Part shown: positions 12,501 to 24,830 of the stretch, in pieces | How the letters are laid out: every line of letters begins with the position of its first letter | Numbering within the stretch: position 1 is the first letter of the stretch | Source of the DNA: Lama glama | Lineage: Eukaryota | Direction: 5' to 3' | Length of the DNA stretch: 64,000 nucleotides | Assembly: GCA_028534125.1 (NCBI GenBank) | Contig: CM052818.1 | Coordinates: 21,578,001 to 21,642,000 of the forward strand | Program-made: the position numbers and the translations under genes | Notes under the pieces: model-generated | What the model saw: the letters and a program-made list of their open reading frames with translations, nothing else | Told to the model about the DNA's origin: nothing | The model's database searches: none

Positions 12501-13099
12501 CTTGGATATAGTTGGACATTCTGGGCCATTCATGGCATGCCACCCTAAAAATGCCTCATTTCACCAATTTTACCCCTCTATCAAATGCTATCTAGCCAGC
12601 CACCAAGGTCTGGCCAAAGGTATTTTTGGTGCATCACCTGGCAAAAACATTAAGTAAATTTGATGTTACTCCTAAAAGCATCTGCCCTTCTTGGATACAG
12701 GTCCTAACCCTGTACAGCTAATTCAGTTTCTTCATCTCCTCTTGTGGTGCTTTTCCTGCTGGCCTCTACATAACCATGAACCCTTTGATTTCTCTAAGTG
12801 CTAAGGGATTCTCTTTTTAACATTTTCTCTTCTGTGTTGGAAGCTGGGGGAAATGTCTGCCCCAGCTTTTACAAGCTCTGTTCTATACTGTCAGATTAAA
12901 TTGAGCACTGCAGGCTGTATTTAGAGGAAGGCACAGTTGGAACTGACCCATGGTCCCCAGAGGAGTTCTACTTGCATACACACCATGCACTTGAAACCAA
13001 ACTTACTTTAAGCCTCATAGTCCAAATGTGGGAGGGAGCTTATAATATTAAAGCAACCATAAAGCAGGATAACCAAAATCTAAAAACAATTAGGAATAG

Positions 13100-13350
13100 A
13101 AGGAATGTAGTGTACAACATGACAAATATATGAAAGTTGTTGAGAATAAATCCTAAGACCTCTTATCACAAGAAAAAAAATTTTTCTATATCTTTAATTT
13201 TGTATCTCTATGAGATGATGGATATCACTAAACTTGTGATAATCACTTCATCATGTATGCAAGTCAAATCATTATGCTGTACACCTTAAACGTACACAGT
13301 ACTGTATTTCAATTATATCTCAATAAAACTGGAAGAAAACATTTTTAAAA
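13100..13350 (+). mobile_element. 5'-truncated L1 3' UTR with target-site duplication
   Basis: Ends ...attatgctgtacaccttaaac...caattatatctcaataaaactggaagaaaa. TSD aaacaattaggaatag (13084-13099) / aagcaatcaggaatag (13351-13366), 14/16 identical. Confidence 0.85.
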
Positions 13351-14307
13351 AAGCAATCAGGAATAGGAATACAAATGTATCAGACAGCTATCTAGTTGCT
13401 ATAGCTGAATAGTAAATTTAGCTCTGACATTTCTAGTTTGTTCATTAATTCAGCAACAATTACTGAATCACTACTATGTATGGGTCATACTCCTATGCTA
13501 TGACTGCCTTTCCTCTGGCTCCCATCTAATTCTTTGTGAAAAACAGGGGTAGGGGTGCAGGTGGGGATCGGGCAGTGGGACAAGCTGGCTGACTATAGTG
13601 GGCTACCAAGAAGAGCTGCCTGAGGCATTTCTCCCAATGCATGGCTTGGAAATTACGATCAACAGTCAGCACCAACTATGAAAATAAACACAGATAAGAA
13701 GTCATCAAAGCTCTCATCAGAATGTTTTTAATTCCATGAAAATGCATGACTTCTCGTGACTAGCATTAACACCAAGTGTAACTAAACAGGTTTCTTCTGA
13801 ACTGGCTCCACACACAACTAGGGGATAGCATGGATCGTATCATTGCAAGTTTCTCAGGAAATCCTGGGACAACCTGCTTTGCCTCCAAAAGTTTGTTTAC
13901 ATTTACCTTGTTTTAAGAAAAAACTCAAAAATATAAATTAAATTAAAATTCAATTTTCAGCAAGTATAATAAAACAATCTTAAGTTAGCAATATATTATG
14001 CCTCTCAAAATTTGGTACAGATATAGATTTAGATATAGATATGTTTCATGTTGTCTTTAACGAGGTCGCCTTCCAATATAGAAAAACTACTAGTTTTATT
14101 TTACTATAGTTCATGCACATCATATCCCAGGAATTGAGATAGTGCAAAAAAGATAGGGGACTCTTGAAAGGCTAACAATAATAAAAGGGTAAAAAAAAAT
14201 GTTCTTTAAATTTCAGTAATGCAGGTCAGAAGAAGAGGTATACTGTCAAAATAAGATAAATGAAAGTATGATTTTGTGCCATGTTTAAAATTAATCCATA
14301 AAAGTTA

Positions 14308-14323
14308 GATGATGATGATGATG

Positions 14324-14366
<43 letters not shown>
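14308..14366. repeat. Compound (GAT)n(AAT)n microsatellite at the end of a MIR fragment
   Basis: gatgatgatgatgatgataataataat...; MIR-like sequence follows at about 14367-14480 (gccaggtgccatgctaagtgcttta). Confidence 0.95.
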
Positions 14367-14367
<1 letters not shown>

Positions 14368-15509
14368 TGGCACTCATTGAATGCTGACAGCATGCCAGGT
14401 GCCATGCTAAGTGCTTTATGTGTGTTTTCTTATTTCATCCCTACAGCAAATCTATTATTTATTTGCCTCAGTTTATAAAAAAAATAAGACATACTGTCCA
14501 AATAAAAATGTTGGTTAAAGGGAGGAGTTAATAACTTTATGCTCTGTTTTTAACCACAACACCACTGCTTCGTCAAAGAGAAAAAAAAAATAGGTAAAAA
14601 GGAAGAAATTTTGTTTGATGTACAAAATTATATAGAAGTGGCCAAGCATCAGATGATTTTTTTCCTGCACGCTGGTGGCAGCCTGGAGCCTGAGCTCCTT
14701 GGGAAGCCACAGCACCAGGAACCACAGTGCCACAGCTGACTTAATTAAGGAGGCAATGTTAAGAGCAACTTGGCTGGGCGTGTCTTCCTCCGCCCACCAG
14801 CAGAGAAAGTTCTCAGAATGTTGTCATTCATATCTCACTGTTCAAAAGTCTGAAATTATAAGGAGATACAAGAGGCAAAACCTAAGTATGCAAATCATGG
14901 AGTGATGTGAGAAGATTAGTTCTACAGAAACAAGAAAAAGAGGAGCAAGGCCATGGAAATGGAGGGAGGGGAAGTGAGGGCACACACTTCTTTGGGTGTA
15001 AGGAAAGGAGTCACAGTACTTCACCTCTAGATGGACATCCACAATGGTCCCTTGTAGGCATGGATGTTTGTTCCCACCTCCCCCTTCTCTCTGCAGATGA
15101 GATCCTTTCATCAGGGTGAAGTTCAGAACTTTCAACCTGACACTCAATCTTGAAGGGCGAGGAAAGCAGAGAGCCAGGCTTTCCTGCAGTGGGAGCAGGT
15201 CCACTGTGCATAAAGCTCAGAGTTCTTAAACTCTGTAGTGGGGAACTCCCTTCCTGTGACCAGTTTTCCTATAGGTTTTCTGCCCTGTGTACCTATAGGT
15301 TCACTCCCTTGCTGTGACTGGCCATATGCAAACCAATTCAACCAATGGTCCTTATCCTAAGCAGGATTAATACCTAGATGTCCACTCTGCTATTCTCCAC
15401 CATGGGACCATAGGTTTACTATGCAAACCAGACACACTAATGCTGAATAAGATACTGTGATTCTCATTAGAATCTAGAGTAACAGTTTATACACTAATAT
15501 GCTCTATAC

Positions 15510-15716
15510 CTGTGCTTCTCAAAGCATGGTCTGCCTGAGCCAGTCTGAAATTGTTTTGGTCCAAAACAAGGTAATTAGAGAAGAAGTATAGAAACTTTTG
15601 ACATTACCACAACATTTTTATTGCATTCTATGAAAGTATCTGTCCACAAGTATTGAACATTTAAAAAGAAATCCACACACAATGGTCCTTCACTTCAGAT
15701 AGTTTGAGAAACACTG
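15510..15716. mobile_element. hAT-Charlie non-autonomous DNA transposon (MER5C1-like)
   Basis: Terminal inverted repeats ctgtgcttctcaaa / tttgagaaacactg; 8-bp flanks ctctatac / ttctggaa resemble the hAT target NTCTAGAN. Confidence 0.7.
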
Positions 15717-15724
15717 TTCTGGAA

Positions 15725-16444
15725 CAGTGCTACTCAAAGTTTGGTTTCCATGTAACCAAGCAGGATCCTATGAGGACTGCCTGGGACAAATCCCTCCTCC
15801 GTATTCTTTGTGTTAGCTCTTCTCTGAAGTACCCAGATAATAGTATCTGATGCCCATTTCCTGAGTTGTTTTACAGATGCTAAAAACCCCACCAAATAGA
15901 AGAAATTGACTACTTGATGACCATGAGCACACAGCTCCCAGACCTACTGGTGCCTAAGGACTGATAATGTTAACCCTGGTGACACGGCCCTGTTACCTCA
16001 CCATCAACCAATCACAGAATTGTGCACTGGCTGATCAGAAATCCCTCTCCCTAACCTTGCCTTTAAAAATGCTTTGCTGAAACTCACTGGAGTGTTTGGA
16101 TTTTTTGAGCATTAGCTGTCTGGGACTCCTTTTATAGCAGCTTAAAATAAACACTGAGCTTTTCTTCACCACAACCTGGTGTCAGTAGACTGGCTTCACT
16201 ATGCATGGGTGAGTAGACCTAAGTTTTGGTTTGGTAGTATACAAACTGGCAATGAACTGGCTGTTACCAGTCAGTGACTAAATTCCTTGTATCAGAATTA
16301 AAATCAACTATATCATTAGGCACACTGTTTAGCTGAACAGATAATTTTTAATAGCATGACTTTCTTGATGAAGGAAGTACTAAGTTGATTTAATTCTGTA
16401 CAAAGTCCTAATTTCATTGCAGACTCATACTTTGAGTATCACTG
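15725..16444. mobile_element. hAT-Charlie element (MER5C-like) interrupted by a solo LTR
   Basis: Terminal inverted repeats cagtgctactcaaag / ctttgagtatcactg; 8-bp flanks ttctggaa / ttctacac. Confidence 0.7.
15751..16239 (+). mobile_element. ERV-type solo LTR (~490 bp)
   Basis: Starts TGTAACC; CCAAT box (aaccaatcac); TATA-like ctttaaaa; AATAAA poly(A) signal near 16146; degenerate end ggtttggtagta; 4-bp TSD tcca/taca (3/4). Confidence 0.8.
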
Positions 16445-18034
16445 TTCTACACTTCACCAATAAAATGAGGATAATAAAAATACCTGTCTCAAAGGGATGT
16501 TAAACATTTAACTTAATATAATATTTTAGAGTGCTTATAAAAAGCACTAAATAAATATGAATTATTATTATTAATTATTATTATAACAGAATTTCTAAAA
16601 TGATGAGATCAGAGCAAAAAGTATAAGAAAAAAATGAGATAAAGGCATACCACATAATACAGGATACCAATAGAGCCTACCAATTTGGTTCAGTGTTTTT
16701 TGTAGTCAATACAAAGAAGAAAATGTTACGTGTTACATGATTCACAATGTCCATAAAATTTTTATTTTAAGTGCTCCAAAAAAGTACAACTAGTCCTTGT
16801 TCTGAATGAAGGTCACTGAAGATTTAAGGTCTGAATTTCAAAATTGAAATTAAAACTACTTTGCCTTTTGCCTTCAATTTGTAATGACAAAAAGAATTTA
16901 CTGAAGCAAGCTAGAAGTTTTAACAGACTTGTTATAGAAGAAAATTTAGCCATTAATCTGTCATTTCAGTCAAAGCTAAGCTCATTAATAACTTCTATTC
17001 AGCTGCAAACTGCCTTCATTTTCCTATTCCTTTCTGATGATAAGGACCCACATATTCAAATTTCAAAAAAAAAAAAAGACCAAATTTTTCAAATTCCAAA
17101 ATGAACAGGTAAATAATATTGAAGCTAATGCTTTTCTTGTAGGCACTACCTTTCTAAATGCCTTGTGAGCTTTTAAAATTAAAACATTTTAAAGAGTATG
17201 TTTGCCATTCTGTCACATAGTCATTTTTATAAACATTTCAAATTTGAAGATTTTTTGATCAGCATAAATTTGCAAGATAAAAATGATACCTTGATTATTT
17301 AAAGTAATATTAGCTAACACATTTTGAAATATGACAAAAAGCAAGAATGGTTTAAACAGTTAATTTTGGAGGAAAATTAGTCAGGAAAGTAGGCTTATTA
17401 CAGAAATCCAATTTGGTGTATAAGATGGGTATCCTGAATTATTTATACTACAAGAACTACCTCATGTTATTACTCATTATTAGCACTAAAATTTTGGATT
17501 TGTGGGTATCTGTATTGATGAAGTCCCCCTGTGATGAGAAATCAGGCTTACTTCAAACCAGATCATAATCAAGATTTTAACATAATTAAACCCCAACAAA
17601 TAAAGAATAAATTACACAGATATTGAATAAAACCAACCACTACTATTCCCAAATGTCAAAAATCAAGTATAATCAGTAACAAATAAGAAAAATAATGTAC
17701 TATATTTAAGTAAAAATCTCTGAAAACTGTTTCATATACCAGGAAGAGAATCACTGACTCGTATTACAAAATCCTTAAGGAATGAAAAAAACTCTTGAAT
17801 AGAAATAAATATATTCTGCAGAAGGGATGAAGTTTACAAGTAGTCCTCACCTCTTTTTCCTTGAATGTTAACTTTCCTTATTCAATTATCTCCCTTTTAT
17901 ACTTCTACCATTTAGCCATTTAATCATTTTCTGGCCCCTTCTTTCCTTGGAACAAGCACAGATTAAAACTCCTTGTTTCTCCTCAATTTATCTGAGACAG
18001 CTGACATTTTAAACTGCAACTGTATTTTAAAACT

Positions 18035-19425
18035 TAAAGGAGCAACTGGACCTCCATCAGCCAAAAAAAATGAATCGTAACCAAAATTTCACACCATATA
18101 TAAAAATTAACTCAAAATGGAATATGGACTTAACATAAAACATAAAGTTATAAAATTTAGGCAAAAACATAGGAGAGAAAATTTCAGGATCTAGGGCTAC
18201 GAGAATAGTTCTTAGACTTGAAGCAAAAAGCACAATCCACAAAGAAAAATAGGTAAGTTGGACTTCACCAAAATTAAATAACTTTGCTCTGCAAAAGTTG
18301 TATTAAAAGGATGGAAAGATTAAAGGAAAATATTTATAAACTACATATCCAACAAAGAAGTAGTATGTAGAGTATACAAAGAATTCTTAAAACTCAACAG
18401 TAAAACAAAACAAACAAAAAAAAACACAAGTCAATTAGAAAATAGGCAAAAGACATAAACAGATATTTCACCAAAGAGAATATATAGATTGCAGATAGGC
18501 ACATGAAAAGATCTTCAACATTATTAGCCATTAAGAAAATGCAAATTAAAACTATAATGAGATATCACTATACACCTGTTAAAATGGCCAAAATAAGAAA
18601 TAATTACAATATCAAATCCTGGCAAGGATGCAGCAAAACAATCACTCATACATTGGTAATGAATAATGGTACAGTCACTCTGGGAAATGTTTGGCAATTT
18701 AAAACTAAAATGCAATTGCTGTATAACCCAGCATTGCAATATTATTTATCCTAGAGAAATAAAAACATATTTTAAAAAACTACATGAATATTCACAGCAG
18801 TCTTATTCATAAAAGCCCCAAACTGGAAACAATCAAGCCAACAAGTAAACGGCTAAACAAACTGTGGTACATTCATACTGTGGAAGACGAGTCAGCAATA
18901 AAAAGGAACTAACTATTGATAACACACAATAATGTGAGTAAATCTTAAGAGAATTATTCTGAGTACAAAAAGCCAATACCAAAAGGTTATATACCACATG
19001 ATTCCATTTATACAACATTCTTGAAATAACAAAATTATAGACATAGAGAAAGGATTAGTGGTTGCCAGAGATTAGGATGTGAGGAGATAGGTGTGGTTAT
19101 ACAAGGCAACATGAGGGATCCTTGTGGTGATGGAACTGTTCTGTATCTTGCCTGTGGTAGTGGATACACATACCTATATGTGATAAAATTGCACAGAACT
19201 GAATACATATGCACACAAAAATGAATACACGTAAAACTGGGAAAAGTTGAATACGATTGGTAGAGTGAATCAATCTCCTGGTTGTAATATTGTACTATTA
19301 TTTTGCAAGGGTTGCCACTGGGGGAAACTAGGTAAAGGGTACATGGGATCTCTCCATATTATTTCTTACTACTGCATGTGAATCTACATTTAATTTAAAA
19401 TTTTAAATAAAAGAAAAGAAAAAGG
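18035..19425 (+). mobile_element. Old L1 (L1MC/L1MD-like) ORF2 3' end and 3' UTR
   Basis: aaaattaactcaaaatgg; ORF 18503-18754 gives a decayed ORF2 C-terminus (MKRSSTLLAIKKMQIKTIMRYHYTPVKMAKI); 3' UTR ggggaaactaggtaaagggtacatgggatctc and an A-rich tail. Confidence 0.9.
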
Positions 19426-19571
19426 AAACAAATTTTTAAATTTTAAAACAGTTGAACTAATATAATTATTTGTGATCTTAATAATTCCAATAAAAGCAGA
19501 AAAAACCTTACTAGGTTATTTTAGGAGAGGGCTATCCTTCTAAAACAATCACCATGGATTAGCCAATATAG

Positions 19572-20020
19572 CACATTAAAAATGGCTTCAAATTCTTTGA
19601 TAATGGTCCCATTGAGAAGTAAGGTCTATTCTCCTCCTTTTGAACCTGGGTGGGCCAAAAGAAAATGATGGAAATGACACTGCCAGTTTCTGGGCAACTT
19701 CTACTTCCTATCTCTTGAAACACTCATTATTGGAAGCCAACTGCCATGGAAGAAATGTGACCATCCACCCAGAAACCATCGCGTTATAAGGAAAAAAAAG
19801 GTCAAGCCATGTGGAGAGACTGGATGATGACAACACATGTGGAGACAGAGTGGCCAAAGAGCTCTGAGGCACTGACATGTGGGTGAAGAGCCATCTTCAC
19901 TGACCAGATGAGCCTTTCCAAAATTCTTAACCCACAAAATCATGAGCAAAAATAAAATGGTTGCTTTAATCCACTGAGTTTTGGAGCAGTTTATTATGTA
20001 AGCAATCAATAACCAAAACA
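19572..20020 (+). mobile_element. MaLR LTR (MLT1H-like)
   Basis: aaaatggcttcaaattctttgat...cccattgagaagt...acccacaaaatcatgagcaaaaataaaatggttgctttaatccactgagttttgg...gcaatcaataaccaaaaca. Confidence 0.8.
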
Positions 20021-20301
20021 GCTGACGAAGCCCACAGGCACTTTGCCTAGACGTCTTCCCTCAAGTAGGCTGGCCTCCAGATAACTGGGACCATCTTTTT
20101 CTCTGACACCTATATGCTGTCTACCAAAACACACTGCTTTCTCAAGGTCAGACACCTCCTCCTCCAGTTTCTGATTGTAATGTCTCCTCTTCCCTGGAGT
20201 CCTCTTTCACTTGGCTTCAGATTCTAGCCTGAGGGGTGAGTCTATCCATCAGTCAAAAGCAGAGTTGACCTACACCCTTGAATCCCAGCAAGACATCTAG
20301 T

Positions 20302-20515
20302 CTAGTATCTTTCAACTTCTTCTTGTCCATGACCCACAGTAAGAAATGTGTTTTTTATAAAAACAAATACATTAACATACACACACACCTGTAATTGAAA
20401 GAAAAGTTTCAAAAAACGTTGCTTGCCCTTACTGTATGTGATAGATTCCAATATATTCTATTTCATCACAGTCTATTCTATTTCATTATAGTCTCAACTA
20501 GAACCCAGTTTTTTG
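20302..20515. mobile_element. hAT-Charlie fragment (MER119/Charlie4-like)
   Basis: catgacccacagtaagaaatgtgtttt...acacacacac...aaaagtttca...cccttactgtatgtgat. Confidence 0.55.
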
Positions 20516-21004
20516 GTTACTAGGCTTGTTTTTTTTTTTCCTCCTTAAGTTAGGGCATTATAACTATTGTACTATGAAAAAATAAAATTCCACATATCTT
20601 ATGGATAATTTTCCTGAACAGTATGTGTTTTTAAAACTGTTGTATAATGGGAGAAGGATAGATGTTGGCAATCTAAATTTTGTCCCTTAAATAACACAAA
20701 ACTGACCCATGAGTTGCTTTCCATTGTCTTAGCAGAAAAGAACATGTTCCCATTTTAACAGTAAGATCATCCTTGTGTTCATTTTCTACTATTCACAAAG
20801 CTCCATCTGACTGGTAAGAAGCCTCACAGGAAAATCAAAGGTGCTCACTAGAAAAAAAAGAACTGAACGCCAAAGGCATCCCTACCTAGAATATTCTCAC
20901 ATTTCTTAAAATTCATTCAATTCTTTCCTCAGGTGGATCTTTCCACTGTACTGATACTGCTGTCAGCCCACTGCTTCTTGAAATTCATGACTTTCTGGTA
21001 AGAC

Positions 21005-21215
21005 AAAGACTGTTACTGCTCCTGGAGTCCTCTGCACTTCCCAGCCTCCCTTCCATTTAGGTTGGGCCCATGTGACGAGGTCTGGTCCAAGTAGTTCAGG
21101 CCAAGGCAGCAAAGAACTAGTGCCCCTCCTTCATTTCATTCTTCTCCTGCCAATGTCACCATGGCAAACTTGAAGCCCACAAGTTCCACAAGATGCAGTT
21201 AAAAAATGGAGGTGA
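21005..21215 (+). mobile_element. MaLR LTR fragment (MLT1I/J-like)
   Basis: ctgcacttcccagcctcccttccatttaggttgggcccatgtgac. Confidence 0.55.
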
Positions 21216-24200
21216 TAGAATATTTCTCTTTTGTTATTTTACATTCTCTGGTACATACACACATAACATACCATCAACAGTTCTATATCATCCGATGAAA
21301 AGTACCTAGTAGTAATAGTGTCTCAATGCTTTCTCAAAAGAAAGATACCACCCATGGCTACAAACAAAGAGATATAAATCACTGACTAAAGAATTAACCA
21401 GGCTTAGTTTGAAAAAAAAAAAAGAAACAAAACTACCCTTGAAGGAAAAAAAAGAACACTGTTATACACATATATAAAGATTAAGATTTGTCATAAATAT
21501 GTAAATATTCACATCAAATATATTAATATATAATTAAGCAAATTGAAAATTAGTACTAACTACAAGTCTCGAGAAAATAAAATATGTTTTTTTGAAGAGC
21601 TAAGAAAATGCTAACAAAATATTCTCGACATCTTTAATCTTCAATCAAATTGAGAAAATGGTGAAACGCTATATTTTTGATGGAAAGTGTCATCAACTAT
21701 TATATGACAAAACAAATTAATGGATTTATATGCATAGAATTTAATATATGTAATAACCTGGATCAAGCTTTTATGGTCTAATCAAGAGAGAATGTGTAAT
21801 CTTAGAAAAAAATGATTTTTTCTTACAATAATCCAGAAAAGTAATCTCATAAGATAGATGATTAGACCAAATATCTTTGAAAATTTTACAAATATTATGG
21901 AATTGAAAAATAAAGCCCAAAAAATGCTTTCAAAAAATGACATCTGACAGTTCAGACTTCAACATACTTTAAATAAGACATAAGCTCAAAAGAGTCTTTT
22001 AAAAGTAGGATAATTCAAAATGTATTATGGATTTAACTGTATGTTTATATTATCAGTCTTAGATGGAAGAACTTCAGTAGATACTGCAAAACCCACACAT
22101 GAGAACCAGATTAATGATGTTGAAGACACGTGTAGGGACAGCAACCGCTTTGAACCTATATTCTGTGGCTTTGAGCTTTTGTTTTTGTCAACAGTGTTGC
22201 AGGCTATTGTCCTGTTCATATATTTTAATATTTTCATCAAGTGAATCTTATTTGTATTTACTTCCTGAAGCTGTGAAGGAAGCTATGAAGCTAAACTGAA
22301 GAGTGAAATTCTGAAAGTCTAGAACAGATAATAAAAATGTACATGAAATCCAACTCAAGTATTATTCTAATACATAGTACAAGTTTTCATATTCAATTCA
22401 ACCCAAGGTGTAAAACCAATGTCATCTCTATGCATGAAACATGGAAAGACTAATCCTGGGTAAGAACTATAACCTTCCAAAACTATCACTAAACAGATTT
22501 TACCCAGTACTATACTGCCAAAAGCCTTTCATGTGAGACTCTTGCACATGGTTCCATAGCACAAAAATCACAAACAGTCACATGTCAGAACCTCACATTC
22601 ACTCAACTAGAAGATCTGGGACACGTGAGTAATATATTAGAAGACTTTCATCAGTGTTCATCACCAGGCTTGTCAGAGGACAAGAACAGTGAATTCCCAT
22701 TTTGTTTTAAGGGCATTAGATAATGTATCTCTCTGATTCACAATAAGTATTTAAAGGACATACAATAAAATTAGAAAAGACAAATCCCATTTTGTAAGGA
22801 TTTTACTGATTTCTTAATGTCTTTCACCCCAGAGGAGAACAATTATGAAATATGATATGAATACACTAGAACTTGAGCCTGACTATTTAAAAGTTTCAAT
22901 TAATTTTAAATGATCAAACAACTTCACTGTTGAAAGACAAGAAATCACAGGTCTTTCATATGATCCTATAAAGTAATAGGCAGAAAGAGGTCACTCTCCA
23001 AGGTCAGCATATGTACCACCATAGATACACCCACATAAATGGCTACGGAGTCCTGAAGACAGTCCTTGTTAGCATAATCACTCAAACAGAACTTGCAAGT
23101 TACTCCTTATTTCTGCCCACTTGAGGATAAATGGCTGATTATACGTATTGTATTTTCTTATAGACATAAAATAATTCAATTTTTTAAAAAGACTGAGTTA
23201 TAATCACATAACTGTAACTAGTCTTAAGTAACAAGATCTCTTACAATGCAAGAGATTTTGCAAATACGTAGTTCACCTATATTTTTACCCCCCCCAAAAA
23301 AAAGCCATAGTGCCTTCACTATATCAACCCAAATGGGTGATTTCTGATTATATACTGGAGAGAAATTCTCCCACTCTGCATAATCACCACCAAATTCAAG
23401 GATAATTTGGTTATTTCCAACAATCAAAAGGGACCAATCTCATATGGGAATATTGGCCAACAATTAAGGAGATATCAGTTGCCTTAGCAACAGATTCCTT
23501 CCCAAATAAGCACTGTTTTCATTCAGCAGCCTTTAGCCAAAAGAGGAATTAAATCACTGAAATCAACAATTCCTTTGTTTAGCAAACAGAACCACTTTCC
23601 AGGTCTCAAGAAAAGAGACCCCTCACAGTTGGTCCAGCATTGCCCAAGGTAGCAGTTATTTAGTTGAATAAGCCAACCTCTTGAATTACAGGATTTTATC
23701 ATCAAAACCACTGCTAACAGAACTGCTAGCTTTTGCCAAAGAAATATGACAAAAGAGAGAGAATCTCCTAAGTGATACTAATGAATATATTTAGCTTTGT
23801 AAATCTTAACCTTACGGAGAGAATGTATATGCGTGTGTTTCTGTCTGTAGATACTGATGTAGTTCCAGATGTCTACTTTAGCAAAGGATTAATCAATCCA
23901 CTCCATTAGCTAATAGTTTCTTCTATTTCAGTTTCTAGGTGTAAGAGCCTATCCTCGTATTAGACAATTTAAAGAATATTTTACATGGGTCATCACCAAA
24001 ACTGAAAAGAATGAGTAACTACATTTCTAAATGTTGATATAACCCCAGCCAACTTTGCAACCTGCAGTCATGTCACTATATTGAAGCTGTGAAGCTGACT
24101 AGGGAGGTTAAGCATTGCTCATTTTCCAATAAATAGTAATAATAATTATTACTAAATTGTTATATAATGTTGGTTATTATTAATGATAATAATAAAGGCT

Positions 24201-24589
24201 CACTATGACTGATCTCTCTTAATAGAAACACATACTTGAACTCCCAAGGGTTCCCCAGGTTGAATGATCATATCCTAAGTACACTCCATGATCGCTGATG
24301 CCTTTATTTCAAGCTTTCCCCATAATGAATCACCTCACCTTTCCAATCTTCCTCCACCACAACATGCCACTCTACAGTCCTAATCTCTTCCCCACACAGG
24401 CCCCTGCTCCTTCACCACTGGCCTGGGCTCTTGATTTCTCTTCTTCACCCTGCTCCCCACAGCCAGCAAGGTCTGAGCTGATGTGTCAGAATCCAGTTCT
24501 GAGCCCCAGTCTTTGCCTTTCTAGCCCTTCCCTGACTTCCTATAGCCCTTCATATTCTCTGTCTCTGCCCCTAATCTTTTTGCTTGTTT

Positions 24590-24830
24590 CCTTAATATTT
24601 TTTAATTATAAGAATAATATATGCTCCTCAAAGTAAATTCAAATAATTTGGAGGTGTGTAAAATTTAAAGAAAGAAAGAAAAGACCCTCTGGTTAGAGGC
24701 TTGATCCCCAAAGGTAGTCACTGCTAATAATTTTGGCATGCAGCTTTCAGGTATATTTTTTTCAGATACATGTTTGTTGTTTTGGTTTGTCTGGTTTTTG
24801 TTCTTGTTTTCTTCACAAGAATAGGTCTTT
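24590..24830 (-). mobile_element. Old L1ME-type 3' end fragment
   Basis: tttttaattataagaataatatatgctc...ccccaaaggtagtcactgctaataattttggcatg. Confidence 0.5.

Noticed and set aside
22025..22320. Overlapping short ORFs and a possible small minus-strand exon
   Set aside because: Weak donor (GAA|gtaaat), several competing acceptors and no recognisable peptide.
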